Source: a virus
DNA: 64,000 nt
IMG/VR virus record: IMGVR_UViG_3300026484_000110
Reading direction: 5' to 3' (one strand)
The notes under the pieces were generated by a model that saw only the letters and a list, made by a program, of their open reading frames with translations, did no database searches and was not told the origin of the DNA. A program made the position numbers and the translations under genes. Positions 59,334 to 64,000 of this stretch are shown in pieces; the first letter of the stretch is position 1, and each line of letters opens with the position of its first letter.

Positions 59334-60599
59334 ATGAATTTTTTAACAAAACATTTAGAAGATGAAGTTAAATCAGTATTAGGGTATGAAGAAAGTGACA
59401 AACCAGTCAATCCGTGCGACTTAATAGATTCTATAGAAGTTATGAAACAAAATGAATCGGACACTAGATTGTTAACAGTAGCTTATGAAGATATAGATAA
59501 GATAACTGAATCTAATTTGATTATGTTGGGGATATCACCAGATAGAATTACAACAGGATATGAAGTAGATGCTAAGAAAATGTTATCAGGTATTTTAAAT
59601 ACAATAACTAGACTGATAAATTCCATAGTAGATTTTTTTAATAAGGTATTTGCGTTCTTTTTAACCAGATTAAAGAATAAGAATACTACGCTATATAAAA
59701 TTAAAAAAATACTAGATGAAGCAGATAAAAAAGGGAATATTGTTCCAGAAGGTAATTTTTCAGAACCAGTCAGGATTTTAATTGCTAAAGAAGCAGTCGC
59801 ATTAGACTGGTTCGAAGTAGAACCGAGTGCTAAGGGTATGATAAAATTTTATGATAAAATTGAAAGACAATTAGAAAATAGTTATACAGAATTAGAAGAT
59901 AAATATAAACAGTTAGTATCCGGAACATTAAATAAGAGTTTAATAATGTTTATATTAAGATGGACTTTAGAAGGTAGTAAAAATGCAATATACGATAGAA
60001 CTTATAGTAAATTTTTAAAGAATTTTAAAACTAATGATAAAATAATTAATGTAAGATTAAAAAAGATAGATAGAGTATCTATTAAGTTACAAATAGTTAC
60101 AATCCCTAAAGATAAACTTGATGAAGCAATAAATGCAGCTAAAAACGGAGATATTAAAAAGACAAAACAATTGTTACAAAGTATTAAAAAGCATGACTAT
60201 AGTGTGGAGATTACGAAAGAACTTTATGAAGGTCTTTTGAAAAAAATAACAGAACCTTTAGATTTTGTAGAGGTCGGTGAAGTAGTAAATACAGGTATTA
60301 AAAAATATTCAGATGTAGAAAAAATTGTCAATAAGTCTAATAAATTAATTAAAGATGTTAAAGTAAAGGTAGAGAAATTTGTTAAATCAGCTGAAAAAGA
60401 TGCTGATGAAGACATGGTCGCAGTAGCTAGTATTCTGTCAAACTACATAATAGGTGATGTAAGAGATGATTTAAATAATGTAGTTAAGTTATCTGAATAT
60501 ATTATAAAACCACCATTTACAAATTGGCTAATAGAATCCATTAAAACATGGGGTAATTATTATAAGAAAAAGTTAAATGAAAGATTTAAAAAATATTAG
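59334..60599 (+). CDS. Internal head protein paralog 7
   Basis: GYE/AYE sites and ESNLIMLGISPD. Confidence 0.7.
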   Translation: MNFLTKHLEDEVKSVLGYEESDKPVNPCDLIDSIEVMKQNESDTRLLTVAYEDIDKITESNLIMLGISPDRITTGYEVDAKKMLSGILNTITRLINSIVDFFNKVFAFFLTRLKNKNTTLYKIKKILDEADKKGNIVPEGNFSEPVRILIAKEAVALDWFEVEPSAKGMIKFYDKIERQLENSYTELEDKYKQLVSGTLNKSLIMFILRWTLEGSKNAIYDRTYSKFLKNFKTNDKIINVRLKKIDRVSIKLQIVTIPKDKLDEAINAAKNGDIKKTKQLLQSIKKHDYSVEITKELYEGLLKKITEPLDFVEVGEVVNTGIKKYSDVEKIVNKSNKLIKDVKVKVEKFVKSAEKDADEDMVAVASILSNYIIGDVRDDLNNVVKLSEYIIKPPFTNWLIESIKTWGNYYKKKLNERFKKY

Positions 60600-60606
60600 T
60601 TAAATT

Positions 60607-60634
60607 TTCTAGTCAGATATTTTTCTGACTAGAA
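60607..60634 (+). terminator. Hairpin terminator
   Basis: TTCTAGTCAGA-TATTTT-TCTGACTAGAA. Confidence 0.65.
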
Positions 60635-60663
60635 CATAATTGTTTCTTTTAAAGGATTATAAA

Positions 60664-61971
60664 ATGTCATATACAGTAAAATTATTAGAAAACGAAGTAT
60701 CAGAAGTTTTAAGCAACAGTAAAAAGTTTGAATTTCCAGATATAAAATTGTATTTGCATGGTGAAGACTTTGATATGCCTATTACATATCCTATTTTTTT
60801 AGATATAAATAAAAACTATAATTCTAACTTATTTTCAGAAATTACAGTAGAATTTGGTATAGGTATGGGTGATTATGTAAATTATATTTTTAAAAATAGA
60901 GATAATTTGGAAATGACTATCCAGATAGATTATCCAGAATTTTCAGATATAAAGAGGTATTCATTCATACCGTTGAATGTAGATAAAAAATCAGATACTA
61001 CTAGATACAGCCACATGGACGGTGAAGATTTAAATAAAATGGATATGGTAACTGTTAAAGGTCAATGCGTAGATCCTATTGTTTTAATTTATAAACAATT
61101 GTTTGTTTCGGGTATTTATAAAAATGTAAATGTAGAAAAAGTTATAAAAGGTTTGTTTAGTAAAAACTTTAAGGATATTAAAATAGCAGGTAGGTCTATT
61201 GATTTTGCTATAGATATGAGAAAACCAGATAATGACAGAACTTATGACCACATTATAATAAAGAGTAATACTAAATTAGCAAAATTATTACATTATTTAC
61301 AAGATTACGACTATGGCGTATATAATGGTGGTATAAACCATTTCATAGAACAAATTAAAGAAAATACATATAGGATATATATTTACCCATTGTTTAATTA
61401 TGAATTATTCGATACATTATTAGAAGATAAAATTATTTTCTATAACAGTAGAATTGTATCTGCCGATTTAAACGATGTCTCGTTTTGGAAAGAGCCTAAC
61501 ACTAGATTATATAAATTAGTAACGTCTTCGATAGAAATAGAAAACAGAGGCAGTATGAATTTGATAGAACACGGAAATGCTTTAAAAGTCACATATCCAA
61601 TAGCCGCAATTAGTAAAGATATGACATTAGTAAACGATAAACAAATAATGTTTGACGTTTATGGTTGTAATGAAATTAAACTTTTAGGAGTTAAATCTAA
61701 CAATATTATAAATCCTATATATACAAACTTTGATGATAATTTATTCAAGTACAGATCTAACATAATTAGGAACAATTTATTAAATGCTAAATTAAAATTA
61801 AACATGGTGGATACTAGGTTTATTAGACCAGGTATGTTAGTAAAATATATACATCAAAGAGGTGATGAAGTAGTAGAAAGGAGAGGTGTGTTGCAATCGT
61901 TATATGAAAGTTATAATTTTATTAAAAAAGAGAATGCTATTTTATTAAACTTTATGATAGAAAGGAAGTAA
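60664..61971 (+). CDS. Baseplate hub / tail-tip protein (phiKZ gp101-like)
   Basis: PDNDRTYDHIII...LQ..DYGVYNGGI motif; start moved to 60664. Confidence 0.6.
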   Translation: MSYTVKLLENEVSEVLSNSKKFEFPDIKLYLHGEDFDMPITYPIFLDINKNYNSNLFSEITVEFGIGMGDYVNYIFKNRDNLEMTIQIDYPEFSDIKRYSFIPLNVDKKSDTTRYSHMDGEDLNKMDMVTVKGQCVDPIVLIYKQLFVSGIYKNVNVEKVIKGLFSKNFKDIKIAGRSIDFAIDMRKPDNDRTYDHIIIKSNTKLAKLLHYLQDYDYGVYNGGINHFIEQIKENTYRIYIYPLFNYELFDTLLEDKIIFYNSRIVSADLNDVSFWKEPNTRLYKLVTSSIEIENRGSMNLIEHGNALKVTYPIAAISKDMTLVNDKQIMFDVYGCNEIKLLGVKSNNIINPIYTNFDDNLFKYRSNIIRNNLLNAKLKLNMVDTRFIRPGMLVKYIHQRGDEVVERRGVLQSLYESYNFIKKENAILLNFMIERK

Positions 61972-61974
61972 AAA

Positions 61975-62316
61975 ATGTTAATAAAAGATATTAAACATAT
62001 CAGGGATAATATCTATAATCTAGATATTTCTTCGGAAGATCTTAAAGAAATGTTAGATATAATACATACCACAATAGGTGATATAGGTATAGGAATTAAC
62101 AAATTAAATACGGCGAATTTTAACGAAGGATTAATTCTGAGGTTACTAGTAACTGATGTAATAAAAAATTATAAAGATAAGTTATCAGAAAGACCTGTTA
62201 TTTTTAATTTTATGTTTGGTGGTAGTAGGTACAGTTTTTACGTAGGTAAAGTGGATCAGGTAAACGATATGCTAGATGGTTATACATACGAATATATAAG
62301 TCCATTAGATTACTGA
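61975..62316 (+). CDS. Hypothetical protein
   Basis: SD AAGGA; coupled. Confidence 0.7.
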   Translation: MLIKDIKHIRDNIYNLDISSEDLKEMLDIIHTTIGDIGIGINKLNTANFNEGLILRLLVTDVIKNYKDKLSERPVIFNFMFGGSRYSFYVGKVDQVNDMLDGYTYEYISPLDY

Positions 62317-62340
62317 GAGTGTTTACTCTCAGTAATCTAA
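62305..62340. terminator. Bidirectional 16-bp hairpin containing TGA
   Basis: TTAGATTACTGAGAGT-GTTT-ACTCTCAGTAATCTAA. Confidence 0.85.
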
Positions 62341-62342
62341 TA

Positions 62343-62951
62343 TTATTCATAATCTAAAAAATCACTTATGCTGTCTTCAGGTTCAGTTTGTTTTAATGTC
62401 TCTTTATTTTTGCTTTTCTCATTACTTTCAAAGTTTATATTATAACGTTTAAACATTTTAACTACTCCATCCAAATATTTTTTTAATTGTTCTTCGTCTG
62501 GTTTTGTAGCTTTTGCAATTCCTTCAGTAGCTTTACCTAAAAACTTTTCAGCTTCGAATGGATTATTGTCTGAAATTTGTTTAAACATATTTACCATTTT
62601 ATAATAATCTACGTTTTTAGCCACGATGGAGTCAGGATCGATATCTAACATAATAGGCGGTAATACAAATAATTCTTCTTTAGTTTTATCATCGATTACT
62701 TTTATCCCTCTATAATAGCTACCAGTAGCGTTATACATATTTTCTATGTAAGTTTTTATGTTTTCTTCATTTGGTTCAATATCGCCTTTTAATAATGGTA
62801 AAAAGTATTTAATAAAATCACTTTCTACCAGTGGTTCATCTTCATATTTTAGAACTTCGCTTACGATGTTGCTAGCTTCTTCTAAGTATTCTATAATGCT
62901 TCTTTCTTGCATTTCCTTTAGCTTTAATAAGGCATTTTGATTTTCTTCCAT
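62343..62951 (-). CDS. Conserved jumbo-phage protein of unknown function
   Basis: SD AAGGAG; ELFVLPPI motif; acidic tail. Confidence 0.6.
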   Translation of the reverse strand: MEENQNALLKLKEMQERSIIEYLEEASNIVSEVLKYEDEPLVESDFIKYFLPLLKGDIEPNEENIKTYIENMYNATGSYYRGIKVIDDKTKEELFVLPPIMLDIDPDSIVAKNVDYYKMVNMFKQISDNNPFEAEKFLGKATEGIAKATKPDEEQLKKYLDGVVKMFKRYNINFESNEKSKNKETLKQTEPEDSISDFLDYE

Positions 62952-62961
62952 AATTTACTCC

Positions 62962-63372
62962 TTATAGTAATAATAATTTACTCAATAATTCATCTAGGTT
63001 AGAAATAATATTGTTTGCAATGTGTGCTGTTTGTGTTAATTTATAGACATTACCATTGTAAGTAGCTTCTATTTCAATGGTAATACTGTATTTCTTTTTC
63101 TTATTCTCATCTTCTTCTTTAATCTCTGTAGTCACATCTACTGTATCATAATACCGCTTGTAAAGTTCTGTTAAACTAGCATTTATATTACTTTTTAATT
63201 CTGTAAAATCATTACTCGATTGCATTAATATGTATTTAAGACTATGAATTTTACCATAATAAATTACAGTCTGCGAATAGTCTGATGTAAGAAAATATCC
63301 AAACAGTTTATATATCATTACACCTCTGTCTTCTGTAAAACCAGATAATGTTAGGGTGGGTAAGGTTGCCAT
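62962..63372 (-). CDS. Baseplate gp25-like protein (phiKZ gp164-like)
   Basis: MATLPTL...YFLTSDYSQT....GKIHSLKYIL; start moved to 63372; divergent from sbcD as in phiKZ. Confidence 0.65.
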   Translation of the reverse strand: MATLPTLTLSGFTEDRGVMIYKLFGYFLTSDYSQTVIYYGKIHSLKYILMQSSNDFTELKSNINASLTELYKRYYDTVDVTTEIKEEDENKKKKYSITIEIEATYNGNVYKLTQTAHIANNIISNLDELLSKLLLL

Positions 63373-63415
63373 GATAATTCCTTTAAAATAAATTTTCATC
63401 AAATCAGGAGGACTA

Positions 63416-64000
63416 ATGAAAACTAGTATCAAATATCCAGTAATTTCATATTTATTGTTATCAGATTTACATTTGGGACATGATAAAAATAAAACAGAAT
63501 ACATAGTAAGAAATTTAGATTTGTTTTTTAAAAGAAATTTAGATACAATATTAAAAACAAGAATTATTTTTATAGCAGGAGATGTGTTTGATAGGCTATT
63601 ATCAAACAGTAATAAAGATAGTATACTAGCATATAGCTGGTTATCCAGACTATTAGTATTTTGTAAAAATAATGATATTAAGTTAAGAATTTTAGAAGGT
63701 ACACCTAGTCATGATAGAAAACAGGTAAAACAATTGACAGAAATTATAAAATCGTTAGGCATAGAAGATGAAGTAGATTATAGGTACTTTGATAAATTAG
63801 ATATTGAGTTCATGAAAGATTTAGGTTTATCAGTTTTGTATATACCTGACGAATGGAAGGAAAATGCTGAGGATACGTTAAAAGATGTGAAGAAGATTTT
63901 AATTACACATGGTTTAGATAAAGTAGATATAATAATTATGCACGGTGCATTCAAGTATCAAATACCTAATATAGAATCACCAGCATTTCATAACCAAGAA
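63416..64000 (+). CDS. sbcD: SbcD/Mre11-family metallophosphoesterase nuclease, 3'-truncated
   Basis: Hand translation gives LSDLHLGH, IAGDVFD, LEGTPSHD and IIMHGAF; SD AGGAGG; absent from the track because no stop lies in the window. Confidence 0.88.
   Translation, partial: MKTSIKYPVISYLLLSDLHLGHDKNKTEYIVRNLDLFFKRNLDTILKTRIIFIAGDVFDRLLSNSNKDSILAYSWLSRLLVFCKNNDIKLRILEGTPSHDRKQVKQLTEIIKSLGIEDEVDYRYFDKLDIEFMKDLGLSVLYIPDEWKENAEDTLKDVKKILITHGLDKVDIIIMHGAFKYQIPNIESPAFHNQE

Noticed and set aside
1-64000. Genome-wide stop-codon reassignment (TAG to amino acid)
   Set aside because: Conserved proteins such as PhuZ, tube and the gp149-like subunit end at TAG at their expected C-termini, coding density is high under code 11, and only one internal TAG was seen.
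21-64000. Chimallin, terminase, nvRNAP subunits or prohead protease
   Set aside because: No ORF in this window shows their motifs or sizes; they are presumably elsewhere on the genome, so nucleus formation is inferred only from PhuZ and synteny.

Overview
AT-rich (roughly 27% GC by eye), gene-dense segment of a phiKZ-like jumbo phage (Chimalliviridae-type gene content). No host can be assigned from the sequence. Recognisable genes are PhuZ tubulin, tail tube and sheath, UvsX/RecA, a split virion RNA polymerase beta C-terminal subunit, portal, major capsid protein, a MazG-like pyrophosphatase, the phiKZ-type family B DNA polymerase, a dNMP kinase, a Tad2 (DUF2829) fusion protein, baseplate proteins, seven paralogous protease-processed internal head proteins and a truncated SbcD nuclease. 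All family assignments and phiKZ gp numbers come from recalled motifs and gene order, not from a database search. The most unusual signals are non-coding or translational: (1) a 56% GC, multi-helix, pseudoknot-capable island with a G-quadruplex motif upstream of the DNA polymerase; (2) a three-way-junction leader behind an exact TATATTAC early promoter; (3) a hairpin array in the capsid leader; (4) 21 long inverted repeats, 17 of which overlap a stop codon; (5) an in-frame amber codon at a conserved Trp of a head protein; (6) an unannotated NADAR-like gene that appears to start at ATT overlapping the polymerase stop codon.
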